A stretch of 63,536 bases of DNA, filler included, from Octopus bimaculoides (GCF_001194135.2; 7 parts of 6 records of this genome joined end to end with filler, not necessarily neighbours in it); one strand, 5' to 3'. Shown: positions 25,475 through 37,929, counted from the whole stretch's first letter. Notes: a model not told the origin generated them from the sequence alone. Program-made: numbers and translations.

Positions 25475-26426
25475 ACGTCTATTCACATTGGTTGTATAAA
25501 TGTCCGTGGCCTGAAGTCAAGTTGGAAGCAAGTGCACTTCCTAAATGACATCAGGTCAAGGAATTTGGATGTAATCGATGCAACGGAAACCCGAGTAAAG
25601 GGGCCAAGAGACAGCTCTTTCGCTTTTTGTTGAAGGGTAGGTCGCCACTTGGGAAACGCGCTGTCTGCTATCAAAATCCTTTAAAGGGAGGTTTAGGGAT
25701 GCCTTGGTTAATGATGCGCAGGCATGCGTTGAGGTTGAGGCACCTCTGAATTATCCTGGATAGTGAACGGGTGTGGTCTCCGCTGGCCAGACAAATGTTC
25801 CCCGAGTTCAAAAGTTTTTGCGAACAGGAAGCCTGGTGCTCTCGTAGACCGAGGTCGACTGAATGGTATAAAGAGTGCCGTAAGGCCCTCTTGCTATTCC
25901 GGCGCTCGGAGATGCCAGCGGTGGGGGTTCCACACAGATTTTATATAGTGGGTTGGTAGAGTCTGAATGCGACGATGGCCTGGGGGCGACTCTAGGTCTC
26001 GGGTTTATTCAACTGGACATCCTGTTTCACCGTACATTCGGGTTGAGAATGTTGGACAACTTCCAAAAGTTCTTAACCTGGTAATGCTACAGAGGTCCCT
26101 TGCCCGTTTGGGATAAGCTCGCAAGACACGGTAAGCGTCAGTCGCCGACCTGTCCAAGATGCGGGGGAGACAGGGAAACTGTCCCTCATGCTATTGTTCA
26201 GTGTCCGGAGATATCTGAAATCTGGGCTTATGCAGAACACCTGTTGTCCGGCAAAGGAAGACTACAGCTGTCGACTGAGTCAATTATAAAAATTGACCCA
26301 CCGATAGTTTTAACAAACGAAGGTAAGAATTGTTTTCTCACAGTTGTAGCAATAGCGAAAGAGGCAGTATGGAAGACTAGGATAAAAAGGAATTCAGACA
26401 GGCAACTTTATCTCTGGCCACAATTT
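25475..26426 (+). pseudogene. Tx1/L1-type LINE ORF2 with large internal deletion (APE N-terminus joined to post-RT region)
   Basis: HIGCINVRGLKSSWKQVHFLNDIRSRNLDVIDATETR (APE motifs) joined at ~25605 to sequence homologous to 16860 onward (NPLKGGLGMPWLMMRRHALRLRHL...CPRCGGDRETVPHAIVQC); runs into a gap. Confidence 0.88.
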
Positions 26427-27940
26427 NNNNNNNNNNNNNNNNNNNNNNNNNNNNNNNNNNNNNNNNNNNNNNNNNNNNNNNNNNNNNNNNNNNNNNNNNN
26501 NNNNNNNNNNNNNNNNNNNNNNNNNNNNNNNNNNNNNNNNNNNNNNNNNNNNNNNNNNNNNNNNNNNNNNNNNNNNNNNNNNNNNNNNNNNNNNNNNNNN
26601 NNNNNNNNNNNNNNNNNNNNNNNNNNNNNNNNNNNNNNNNNNNNNNNNNNNNNNNNNNNNNNNNNNNNNNNNNNNNNNNNNNNNNNNNNNNNNNNNNNNN
26701 NNNNNNNNNNNNNNNNNNNNNNNNNNNNNNNNNNNNNNNNNNNNNNNNNNNNNNNNNNNNNNNNNNNNNNNNNNNNNNNNNNNNNNNNNNNNNNNNNNNN
26801 NNNNNNNNNNNNNNNNNNNNNNNNNNNNNNNNNNNNNNNNNNNNNNNNNNNNNNNNNNNNNNNNNNNNNNNNNNNNNNNNNNNNNNNNNNNNNNNNNNNN
26901 NNNNNNNNNNNNNNNNNNNNNNNNNNNNNNNNNNNNNNNNNNNNNNNNNNNNNNNNNNNNNNNNNNNNNNNNNNNNNNNNNNNNNNNNNNNNNNNNNNNN
27001 NNNNNNNNNNNNNNNNNNNNNNNNNNNNNNNNNNNNNNNNNNNNNNNNNNNNNNNNNNNNNNNNNNNNNNNNNNNNNNNNNNNNNNNNNNNNNNNNNNNN
27101 NNNNNNNNNNNNNNNNNNNNNNNNNNNNNNNNNNNNNNNNNNNNNNNNNNNNNNNNNNNNNNNNNNNNNNNNNNNNNNNNNNNNNNNNNNNNNNNNNNNN
27201 NNNNNNNNNNNNNNNNNNNNNNNNNNNNNNNNNNNNNNNNNNNNNNNNNNNNNNNNNNNNNNNNNNNNNNNNNNNNNNNNNNNNNNNNNNNNNNNNNNNN
27301 NNNNNNNNNNNNNNNNNNNNNNNNNNNNNNNNNNNNNNNNNNNNNNNNNNNNNNNNNNNNNNNNNNNNNNNNNNNNNNNNNNNNNNNNNNNNNNNNNNNN
27401 AAAAAAAAAAAAACCTGACCCGATTATAACATCGCATTATAAACCATTTAACTAAGATTGCACTTCAACGGACCCACAATAAGACCGTCAATCACTGCAA
27501 GATAATATTACCAAAAGAAAGATTTCCATTATTTACACTGGAAACCAGATTGTAATGAAGGGACATTTTATATTGGTAATGAATTTAGGAATGATTTGTC
27601 TTTCACGACCTTATATTTACTTGCTTCAAAAATTTAGATTACTTCACATCGTATTGCTGTTATAATTTAGTGAAAAATAGACTCCAATCTAGTACAATAT
27701 GTTTCCATATAATACTCGAGTTTTGCTCCGAATAAACCACAAACAGTGTTTAGTCTTCGAAAGTGCTGGGGGTATATTCTAAATTACAACATTCAGTCCC
27801 CATGTTTTAATCCCTTCACTCTCAAATTTTATTACCCACCAAAAACTAGTCAAAGAAGTTGGGTGAGTTTTCATTTATTGCCAAAATTTTCCAGTGATAC
27901 CGACAACAAACGTATATAGCCACTTATACTTCAAATAAAC

Positions 27941-27993
27941 GTGTATATCTGTCTGTCTGTATATCTATCTACCTACCTTCCTACCTACCTTTC

Positions 27994-28054
<61 letters not shown>

Positions 28055-28152
28055 CTACCTACCTATCTATCTATCTATCTATTTATCTACCTATCTATTT
28101 ATCTATCTATCTATCTATCTATCTACCTATCTATCTATCTACCTATCTATCT
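27941..28152. repeat. (CTAT)n/(CTAC)n microsatellite
   Basis: Tetranucleotide array. Confidence 0.95.
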
Positions 28153-28196
28153 NNNNNNNNNNNNNNNNNNNNNNNNNNNNNNNNNNNNNNNNNNNN

Positions 28197-28208
28197 TTAA
28201 TTAATTAA
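28197..28208. other. Assembly gap linker N44-TTAATTAATTAA-N44
   Basis: Palindromic 12-mer with stops in all six frames, centred in a 100-bp block. Confidence 0.95.
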
Positions 28209-28342
28209 NNNNNNNNNNNNNNNNNNNNNNNNNNNNNNNNNNNNNNNNNNNNGTATGCTTCATTACTGATAATGGGCGCACGTTTATTTGTAATCAATTT
28301 GCATATGTGACTGTGTGTTTATGTTTGTTCATGAACCTCGAA

Positions 28343-28497
28343 TAAAGAATCTTGTATGTATGTATGTATGTATGTATATATGTACGTATGTATGTATGCA
28401 TGTATGTTCGTATGCATGCATGCATGTATGTATGCATGCATGTATGTATGTATGTATGTATGTATGTATGTATGTATGTATGTATGTATGTATGTAT
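28343..28497. repeat. (TATG)n microsatellite
   Basis: TATG array with TACG/CATG variants. Confidence 0.95.
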
Positions 28498-28802
28498 CTG
28501 TCTGTCTATACACACACACACAAGAAGGTGCTGAAAAGTTACTGACTTTGGGTAAAAGCAAATACAAGAGGCTCAGTGAATTACAATTTTATTCAACATA
28601 TTCCCGTATCAGATTCACACACTGCAGCGGTCTTTCAGTTTTTCTAAGCCCTGTAAAAGAATTCGTAATGTTAGGCCTCCAACCAGGCCTTTCGCGACAC
28701 CTTTAAAGCCAGGAACATATAAAATACGTACAGACACGTAGTATATATCATACGTGCTTGAATATATGCGAGTTTGTGTGTCCATTCTTTTCTTTTATTC
28801 TT

Positions 28803-29220
28803 TTATTGTTTCAATGATAGGACTGCGGCCATGCTGGTGCACCGCCTTAATATATTTTGTCTCAGTTTTGTTATCGTTTTAATGGTTGAAAGCTGATCTA
28901 AGATTGAGTTTGTAGCAATTGATCTTCTCTGTGTGTATTCTTGAATGGCAGGCTAGCCCGAGGAGTTATTCCTATGTTTTTGGGGTTTTTTTTTTTGCTT
29001 CAGTAGAGGTCTCTTTTATATTTCTGATTTCTTTAGATATTCAGTTGAACAAACGAAGACCTTTAAATATCAGACTGGTATAACAGAGTGTTCTAGCTCG
29101 TGATTTCGAAGGTGGTATATTTTGAAAGGGACGGTGTCTACCAGTTCGTATATGAAAAACCTCTCTAATACCAAAGTTTGGAACATGCCCTTCTAGGATT
29201 ATCCACACATATATGATAGT
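28803..29220 (-). mobile_element. CR1/L2-group LINE, 5'-truncated 3' end
   Basis: Minus frame WIILEGHVPNFGIREVFHIRTGRH...SLIFKGLRLFN, then decayed C-terminus and the SINE-B-type tail at 28808-28846. Confidence 0.75.
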
Positions 29221-29364
29221 ATTGACCGTTGACTGAACACTATTCAATTTTTTTTCTCCGTGTTTTTCTCCTTGTCTCCGTATTCTTTCTGTTGAAGAGC
29301 GTAGCTCGAAACGTCAAAGACTTTCCGTATTCCCGAGCGTCATACTAATATATACTTTTGTTAT
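29221..29364 (+). mobile_element. Young Penelope-LTR-like repeat carrying a hammerhead fold (copy 1, runs into a gap)
   Basis: Identical to 57663-57807 apart from a T-run of 8 versus 9; hammerhead fold at 29284-29320. Confidence 0.7.
29284..29320 (+). ncRNA. Minimal type-I hammerhead-like motif, CUGUUGA core variant
   Basis: Stem I TCTTT/AAAGA; CTGTTGA plus A; stem II GAGC-GTA-GCTC; GAAA; palindromic ACGT; GUC site at 29313-29315. Confidence 0.65.
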
Positions 29365-29621
29365 NNNNNNNNNNNNNNNNNNNNNNNNNNNNNNNNNNNN
29401 NNNNNNNNNNNNNNNNNNNNNNNNNNNNNNNNNNNNNNNNNNNNNNNNNNNNNNNNNNNNNNNNNNNNNNNNNNNNNNNNNNNNNNNNNNNNNNNNNNNN
29501 NNNNNNNNNNNNNNNNNNNNNNNNNNNNNNNNNNNNNNNNNNNNNNNNNNNNNNNNNNNNNNNNNNNNNNNNNNNNNNNNNNNNNNNNNNNNNNNNNNNN
29601 NNNNNNNNNNNNNNNNNNNNN

Positions 29622-29823
29622 TATGAGTGGATATGATAAATAAAAACTGAAAGAAGCCCGTTGTATAATATATATGCATGTGTATGTGTGATTGTGCGGC
29701 GTGCTTGACAGCAGGTCTTGGTATGTTTTCGTCCTCGTGACTTAGCAGCTCGGCAAAAGACTAAGTACCAGGCCTTTAAAAATTAAATACTGGAGTCGAT
29801 TCGTTCGACTAAAATTCTTGAAG
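29622..29823 (+). mobile_element. SINE family B, diverged, head in the gap
   Basis: gagtggat...aaactgaaagaagcccgttgtat...gcttgaca...ctcggcaaaagac.aagtaccaggc...tggagtcgattcgttcgactaaa. Confidence 0.8.
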
Positions 29824-30270
29824 TGCTTGTTACCGTATAGTTTCGTTGAGTAGCTGTTTGTGTAATCACATTTATTTTATGTAGATTCTAGTTTTGCCAG
29901 ACGAAATATGAGGCCCTTTAAAAAGTTTTTTTGATTTATTTAATATCGGATCTGAGTTTAGATCTAGAAGCATGACTTTACGTACGGATTCACTGTTCAC
30001 TGTTAAATCTCTAAGGTGCCATTCATAGTTTTCTTGGACCTTTTAATCTAAGGAGTAGTTCTGTGTTTTAAAATTATAGTAGCAGGATATTGTGCTAACT
30101 TAGTCAGATTCGAAGAGGGTTGCTTTCGAGCACATGAACTTAACTGGGTCTTCAACTTCCTCCAGTTATTTCCTGATGTAAATTGATTTGACTGAGATGA
30201 AATGCCTTTGGTGGAGTCCTGTAAGCAGTATAAACCTATATCAATAGACACTTAGGCATGCAGGTACGCA

Positions 30271-30318
<48 letters not shown>

Positions 30319-30363
30319 ATTTAATGATGAGTTGTTTAATGATGTATTTATACATTCTGATGT

Positions 30364-30680
30364 GAAGGCACATGGCTCAGTGGTTAGAGAATCGGACTCA
30401 CAATCATGAGGCAGTGAGTTCGATTCCTGGACAAGGCTGTGTGTTGCGTTCTTGAGCAAGACACTTTATTTCAACTTGCTCCAGTTCATTCAGCTGTAAA
30501 AATGAGTTGCGAAGTCACTGGTGCGAAGCTGTGTCGGCCTTTGCCTTTCCCTTGGATAACGTCAGTTGTGTGGAGAGAGGGAAAGCTGGTATGCATGGAC
30601 AACTGCTGGTCTTCAATAAACAACATTGCCCGGACTTGTGCCTCAGAGGTTAACTTTCTAGGTGCAATCCTAGGGGCCTT
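30364..30680 (+). mobile_element. tRNA-derived CORE-like SINE (working family D)
   Basis: A-box tggctcagtgg, B-box gttcgattcc, central cttgagcaagacactttatttca.cttgctccagt.ca.tcagctg.aaaaatgagt, distinct 3' half. Confidence 0.85.
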
Positions 30681-30994
30681 TACCCTTTTACCCTTTATGC
30701 ATTCTAGAAGTAGGACAGTTTTTGCTTATAATATAGTATACGTGTGATTTGTGAAACCTTACTGGTTATCGTTTCCATACTATCATTGTAATATATGTTC
30801 TGCTGTCATTCATTAACTTCGTTTAGTAACGTTTTCGACCATCCGTTATTAACTATCGTTTTCCCGACGCGTAAGATTTCCTGAAATTTCTATATTGGAT
30901 GAAATTGGAAATCTCGTCTCAGAACAGATTTGATCACAAACATTTTGTATCTCTTGAGACTCTCGATCTCCCACGTGTGTATGTATGTGTGTTG

Positions 30995-30996
<2 letters not shown>

Positions 30997-31085
<89 letters not shown>
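30997..31085. repeat. (GT)n microsatellite
   Basis: Pure GT array. Confidence 0.98.
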
Positions 31086-31087
<2 letters not shown>

Positions 31088-31614
31088 TATGTATGTGCGT
31101 GTGTGTGTGCGTGCGTGCGTGCAACTGTGTTTGTCTTACACCGCTTGACGGCCGGTGCTGTTTTACTTTACAGCCTCATAACTAGTAGTCTGGCAAAGGA
31201 GGCAAATAGGATCTGTTCAATTTCCGGGTGATCTCTACTAAATGTCATCACTCTGTTCTATTTTTATTTTTGTTTACTGCCTGTGTTGCATAATACACGC
31301 TTTTTTTTTGTTCTCGCACCGAAGTAACTAGTAAACATCGAAGAATCAACACCAAGAAGGAAGAAATATCATTTACATATATTTATTCGTTGCCCGATAT
31401 CGGTGTTTTATTAGATTAAAAATAACATTTCCAAAACATGAAGGTAAAGCAAAACAAATATGCTTTGTTTTCTTCCAGACACCAATGTACTGTACCCGTA
31501 GTTATTCACATTGTTCACCAACCGACCTTTCCTCTGAAAAAAATCACTGGAATAATGTGGATCCCCATGCACACATTATTTTCCTCCTGAGACTTATGAA
31601 AAAGTACACATTAT

Positions 31615-31690
31615 TAGGCGCACCTTTCTATAAGCCGCACACTAAATTTTCCAGGTAAAAATAGCGGTTTATACACCAGAAAATACGGTA
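31615..31690. mobile_element. Right end of a pogo/Tigger-like (Tc1/mariner superfamily) DNA transposon or MITE
   Basis: gcggtttatacaccagaaaatacggTA (reverse complement TACCGTATTTTCTGGTGTATAAACCGC) with an internal inverted TATAAGCCGC; no matching left end found nearby. Confidence 0.55.
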
Positions 31691-32306
31691 ATTTATAGTG
31701 ATAGTGATAAGTTCACTAGCTGGTTGCTAGTTGATAGCGTAGAAGTGGTTGTCTGCCAGTAGGGAGGGAAAGAGTAAAGAATGCACAGTGCTGACTAGAA
31801 AGGATAAAGGTAGTATCGTCTTCGCTCGATATACGAATAGAACAGAGTAGTGACATTTAATAGAGATGACCCGCAAGTTGTTCCTTTTCGATTACTATCG
31901 CAAACAGCAGTAGCTTTCTTCAACTGAATACACATCGTTGATTGGTTGAAATTACCCAAATACGACAACTTTAACACGAAATAACTTCTAAAATACGAAA
32001 TTTTGTCAAAAATATTCAAAATAAACCGTGTTCTACGTGAGAAATTCCACCAGTATATGAAGCTTCAAACTGTTTAGTTAAAAAAAATTAATTACAAAGT
32101 CTTTGCGCCAAACTGAACAGATCCGGCAAATACGATGTGTGCCAGATATAAACTAAGTAATGGAATCTACTTTTTTATTATCATTCAACTCTTCAAAGAA
32201 GTACCCAGTATGGTTGTAGTCCAATGAGTGAAACAAATAAAAGAATTAAAAAATATGTTATATTCTTGTATTCCGTTTGGAATATATTTAAAAAAATAGC
32301 TGCTCC

Positions 32307-32338
<32 letters not shown>

Positions 32339-33059
32339 NNNNNNNNNNNNNNNNNNNNNNNNNNNNNNNNNNNNNNNNNNNNNNNATGCACACACACACA
32401 TGCATACACACACGCTCACACACTCATATATATATATATATATGTGGTTTTGTGGTAAGGTAAGTAGTTTGCTCACCCCACACACATACAGACACATACA
32501 CACACACACACAGAAACACACATACAGAGATCAACACACGTATGGAAATATGTGTGTATAAGGAGCGAGAGATGCGCATACCTCTCAAATATTATTTGTT
32601 GACCTCAGGATGTAGATACAGATTCATGTAAGCACCCATACAAGGACACACACGAACACACAGATACACACACACATACACACAGACGTACGCACACACA
32701 CACACACATACATGCGGACACATAGCAGCTTAATTTCAAAGGTCTGTCAGTACAAGCGCTGTGTACGTGTGTTTTCGAGTATGTTCGCTCGCACGGCGCG
32801 AGAAGAGTGAAAAGGTTGACTTAATACGTTGCCTTTCAAACTGTTACAGTGACCTACTTCTATCAATTCATAAACTCGCGGATGGAAGGTGAATGGGTCA
32901 ACGGTAGCTAGCTGTAACTTTGTTTGCGGGTAGAAGTCAAATCATTTCAGGCCATAAACCCTCTGAAATAAATCTATTCATAGTAATTTTATTCTCTGGA
33001 TTCTTTATAATACAACCCTTTAACAAATACAATATATCACTATAAATTTCCATGTGACT

Positions 33060-33214
33060 TACAACTCCCCGACATCGTCTTCGTCGTTGTTGTCGTCAAC
33101 GTCGTCGTCATCATCATCATTATCATCATCATCATTCTGCCCTCTTTCTCCACCTACTCATCTCTTTTCGTATCCTCCCCCTCCTCCTCCTCCTCCTTCT
33201 TCTTCTTCTTCTTC
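33060..33214. repeat. (CGT)/(CAT)/(CCT)/(CTT) trinucleotide field
   Basis: Successive trinucleotide arrays running into a gap. Confidence 0.9.
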
Positions 33215-33489
33215 NNNNNNNNNNNNNNNNNNNNNNNNNNNNNNNNNNNNNNNNNNNNNNNNNNNNNNNNNNNNNNNNNNNNNNNNNNNNNNNNNNNNNN
33301 NNNNNNNNNNNNNNNNNNNNNNNNNNNNNNNNNNNNNNNNNNNNNNNNNNNNNNNNNNNNNNNNNNNNNNNNNNNNNNNNNNNNNNNNNNNNNNNNNNNN
33401 NNNNNNNNNNNNNNNNNNNNNNNNNNNNNNNNNNNNNNNNNNNNNNNNNNNNNNNNNNNNNNNNNNNNNNNNNNNCTTCCTGCAATCAA

Positions 33490-33700
33490 AATCTTTAACA
33501 CGCCAGGAGAAATGCTTTGTGACATTTTGTCCTTCGCTACGTTCTGGGTTGAAATTCCGCCGAGGTCGACCTTGTCTTTCATCCTTTGTGGGGTCGATAA
33601 ATTAAATACCAGTGAAACACTGGGATCGATGTAATCGACTAGTCCTCTCCCGCCAAATTTCTGGCCTTGTGCCTTTAGTAGAAAAGATTATTATTATTAT
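33490..33700 (+). mobile_element. SINE family A with (ATT)n tail
   Basis: acgccaggagaaatgc...gaaattccgccgaggtcgac...ctggccttgtgcctttagtagaaaagattattatt. Confidence 0.85.
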
Positions 33701-33995
33701 GAAGTACAGGAAGCGATGAAAGGCTGCACGAGAGGTAGATCGCCGGGTTTGGATGGTCTGCCTTACGAGCTTTATACGTCAATACCAGACTTGTTTGCGG
33801 GTGTCTTGGCAAACGTCTACTGCAACTGGCAACAAAACGGGAGAATTCCTGCTTTTGTTTGTCGAGGAGTGGTGGCTTTGCTAAGAAAGGACCCAAACAA
33901 GGGGGACATTATAGGGAACTTTAGGCTCATCACTCTGCTCAATACAGAGTTGAAGATCTTGACCAAGGTGCTAGCCAAGAGATTGGTGCCTGTCG
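33701..33995 (+). pseudogene. Tx1/L1-type reverse-transcriptase N-terminal fragment
   Basis: EVQEAMKGCTRGRSPGLDGLPYELY...GVVALLRKDPNKGDIIGNFRLITLLNTELKILTKVLAKRL, i.e. the kSPGlDG and RPIsLLN motifs of non-LTR RTs. Confidence 0.88.
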
Positions 33996-34438
33996 TGGCT
34001 GGTGCTTTTCTGTTTCCTTATATCTTTTCTGTTTCCTTACATTTCACCCTCGAATCACCTGATATCGCAACATCTATTATCTTTACTTCTTTTTCATCTT
34101 TATGGATGATCACGATAGCTAGCCGTCTCGCCTCTATGACTTAGTCGCACGGCATGTTAAAATCTCAGAGTATTTTGTAATGTTCATTTTCCATTACTCC
34201 CTCTGGCTTGTTTTCATACCATTGTTCGTCTCTCTAGGTTTGCTATATCGCAAAACAGTCAGTGGACATATCTGGCCACATTGTCGTGTCTCTATTATTA
34301 TTATTATTGTTATTATTATTATTCTGTTTAGACGAACTTTCCTACCTTTTCGGACAAAACCTTTTGTAACCTTCGTCCTGTCTTTGTCCTTACATGTTTT
34401 TAATTGATATTAGCCCTTGTGGCCAATAAAACGAATTA

Positions 34439-34498
<60 letters not shown>

Positions 34499-34680
34499 TA
34501 TAGATGTGTCTGGTGCTAAAGCACTTGTTGAGCCACTGCAACCCAGAACATTTCCAAATAGTTTCTACTGTACTACAGCCGGTGCGACATAGAAAATTCA
34601 CATATGGAACCTATTTAAAGATTAAATGCCAGGCTGAGGATGGAACTCTCAACAAAAATGAGAAGGTTTGTGAGTTAATT

Positions 34681-34840
34681 CAACAACAGCAACAATACCA
34701 CCATCACCACCACCACCACCACAATCACCACCACCACCACCACCATGACCACCACCACCACCACTACCACCACCACCACCACCACCACTAACAAGCACAA
34801 CAGCAGCAAAAAACAACGATGACGACAATATGATAATCAT
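34681..34840. repeat. (CAC)n/(CAA)n microsatellite
   Basis: Trinucleotide array; source of the spurious poly-His and poly-Gly ORFs. Confidence 0.95.
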
Positions 34841-37449
34841 TTTTCACACTTTCACAAAACCCTAGGTTTATAAGAAAGTATTATTGTTGATCGAATCGAC
34901 AGCTGTGTATATGATTGTTACTTATTTTTATCCCAATCTAATCTCTGGAGATTAAAGGTAAATCAAGTTCATAATTTTCTATGGCTTCACTGAGAAGCCT
35001 GATTAAGTTGAAACAGTGATTGTTTCGATAAAACTACGTTTTCTAGTTGCAAACAAAGGAAAATATCTAATGAAATGAAGTATATTTGTTGTTATTTTTC
35101 TTTTGTGTTCTGATTTCGTATAGACGGTAAGTTGTTTTTGACTCTCTTTTTTATAGAAAAATATAGTAAGTCTTTTTTTTATAAAGAGAAAACGTAGTAC
35201 GTTTGTGTCGTAACTTGCGATTTTGACAGCTACACACATAAATATCTTCATGTTTTCATCCTCACATCGAATTGAGAACGAGAAGAGAGTGTCTCGGAGA
35301 GTCGGGGAGCTGAAAGGATTCTTGGAATACTTTTTGATAATAACGTTTTAGTTAGACATTCGCAAATAGCAAAGTAATCTAACTCACAAGCAAAATACTT
35401 AGAAACAATATTTAAAACAACACTTGAACTTTTTAGAAATAACAAAAATCAACAACATTAAGAACGACGATCAATAACAAAATAGCAATCCAAAGTCAGT
35501 GCTACAATATATTATTATTTTTATACCGAGCCGAAGCAAACCATATGCTATCTTTTCTATCAAACAAAACAGCGTATAGCTTGTTATTCTTTCCTTTACC
35601 ACCGTTAATCGAATTTCAAATCAGCAAGACATGTTCGATACATCGTGGAAGTTGTAAACCACCTGGCGTCTGAACAACAGACATTATCTAACTCCACTCG
35701 AAACATATGCTCTCCGGGGAAATTGAGTGTTCACAATTGTTTCGTTCCCATATCTAATTGAGTAAAATTAATTAAAACTACTTGAAATTCTTTCTTTTCA
35801 TTTTTCTTCTTCTTTTTGTGCTTGTATAATAGTATCAGTTGCACACCGTCTGTATGGATTGTTAATCACACCAACATCCAAAATACAGAAATAAAACATA
35901 AACATCAACAAATCCTTAACAAATGCTGTTAAGACCAAATTTTAAGAGGAAGTCTATACCAGATATTTACCAGTTTCAAAATTTTATGCTTGACAATTTT
36001 GCTAACGAAAATGTTGTACGAAATGGGTCTATAAAAGATTATTACTAAAAGAAATACTTTAAATATTGGAAATTCTTGGAGACATCGTTTATCTACTTTT
36101 TCAGTTTTTTTTATAATCTGTACTATTCTACTTATTTGCTTGTAATTCTACACATTCCTTCATATACACTGTAGTTTCCATAAGATAATTTCGTGTCGTA
36201 GAGTTATTAAATGGAATATATTAAAGTAGATTCACATATTTAGAATATATGAAAGTATGTTCAAATATTTAAAATAAATTTAGTGTCTGCTGTAGAATGG
36301 TTTTTGTGTTAAACCACTTCCGTTTTATGTACACTATTATTCTTCATACCACGCATCACTCCATATTATATTAACTAAAACTTTCAGTCATGCCTTGTCT
36401 CTACCTTAAATATATTTTATAGCCACAACAGCCAAATGCAATAAACGATTTTATTAGTCACGCTATTTTGTTGAATTTTTCACTGTTTGCGTTCAAATGT
36501 TGGTGTAGATGAATAACCATTTACCTACCCCCACCCAGGTTTCATAAAAAAAAATTTGATAGTAAAATTGCGTGTGAAATCAATCGACTATGACATTTCT
36601 CCATAAAATTTCTAAACAAAATTGGTCTTGTTCCAAACGGACCCCACTCAACAATCGATCATTTAAACCTGTGAGATTACTACTTTAGATTTCAACAACG
36701 TGAGAATAATATTAATGAGTTAATACTCAACAAATTTATCAGTGATTCAGATATCCAATTTTAAAAATCATGAGTATTTATCAAACTCATTCATTCACTC
36801 AATCGTTCTTATCCAGAGAGATTTTATCTCGACACTTTAAATCACAAAGCTACCATTGATCAATTTCCAGTTATTTGGGTATTTCGTTAGGTCGTCTTTT
36901 TTGTCTTTCATTGTTCTTTTTCTGAAAATCAGAATGGAAGCAATAACCCAATTTACGGGTGTCCTTAGAAACATATTTCTGATATATTTTACTATCCATA
37001 AAATTAACAGTTGATTAATAAAGATACTCCCGATACAATCTTTAGGGTAAAATTTATAGCATTGTCAATTAAGTTTAAGTTAAAGGAGCGACAGAATATT
37101 TTAAAAATTGGCCAGTTTTCTTGTTCATATTTTGGATTTAATATTCAAGAATAATAAATAATCAGCGTTTATTCTATGGTGGGTAATTAAAGAAAAAAGA
37201 ACGCCTAAAGTTGAATTAACAGATATTGCAACCAGCAATGACTACAAGGACTGCAAGGACTTAGATTTCAGTTATGGTTTAGGGACAGTGATATAATGTT
37301 TTAAACATAAATTATTTACAACATCCAAAGAATTTGGTCTTATTTTACACAAGGACAAATGGTCAACATTCACCAATTTCTGCTATCTCTGTCAAATGTT
37401 TGTTATTTCACCATAAGTACATCATCATAAATAGGTGGGTGTATAAAAA

Positions 37450-37610
37450 GACTGTGTGATAAGAAGCTTGCTTCCTGACTACATGGTTTTGTGCTCAATC
37501 CCACAGCGCGGCACCTTGGGAAAGTATGTTCCACTATGGCCAACCAAGCCTTGTGAGTAGATTTGGTAGACGGAAACTGAAAGAAGCCCATCGTGTATAT
37601 ATATATATAT
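37450..37610 (+). mobile_element. SINE family B 5' part
   Basis: gactgtgtgataagaagcttgcttcc...ggcaccttggg...aagccttgtgagtagatttggtagacggaaactgaaagaagccc. Confidence 0.85.
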
Positions 37611-37917
37611 AATTATAAACATATAGGGATCAGCATGAGTTGCCTCACCAACATACTGAAAATTTAGAAATAGCAGTCAAAGAACTACTAATTCTAACTA
37701 CAATTTTTTCCCTAATGGATGGCGATATTTATGGCACACATGGAACAAAACAGAAGAGAAAAAACAAAAACAAAACTTGCCGTTAGTTAATCATGTACGA
37801 CGTTTCGTGATTAGAATATAAAAATTCTTTTCCACTCATCAGCATGATATACAAAATAAATCTGAAAATGCTANNNNNNNNNNNNNNNNNNNNNNNNNNN
37901 NNNNNNNNNNNNNNNNN

Positions 37918-37929
37918 TTAATTAATTAA
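37918..37929. other. Assembly gap linker N44-TTAATTAATTAA-N44
   Basis: Same 100-bp construct as 28197. Confidence 0.95.

Noticed and set aside
10186-31690. TACCGTATT... at 10186 and ...AATACGGTA at 31690 as the two ends of one 21-kb transposon
   Set aside because: The match is poor beyond 9 bp and no transposase of that family lies between them; more likely separate relics or chance.
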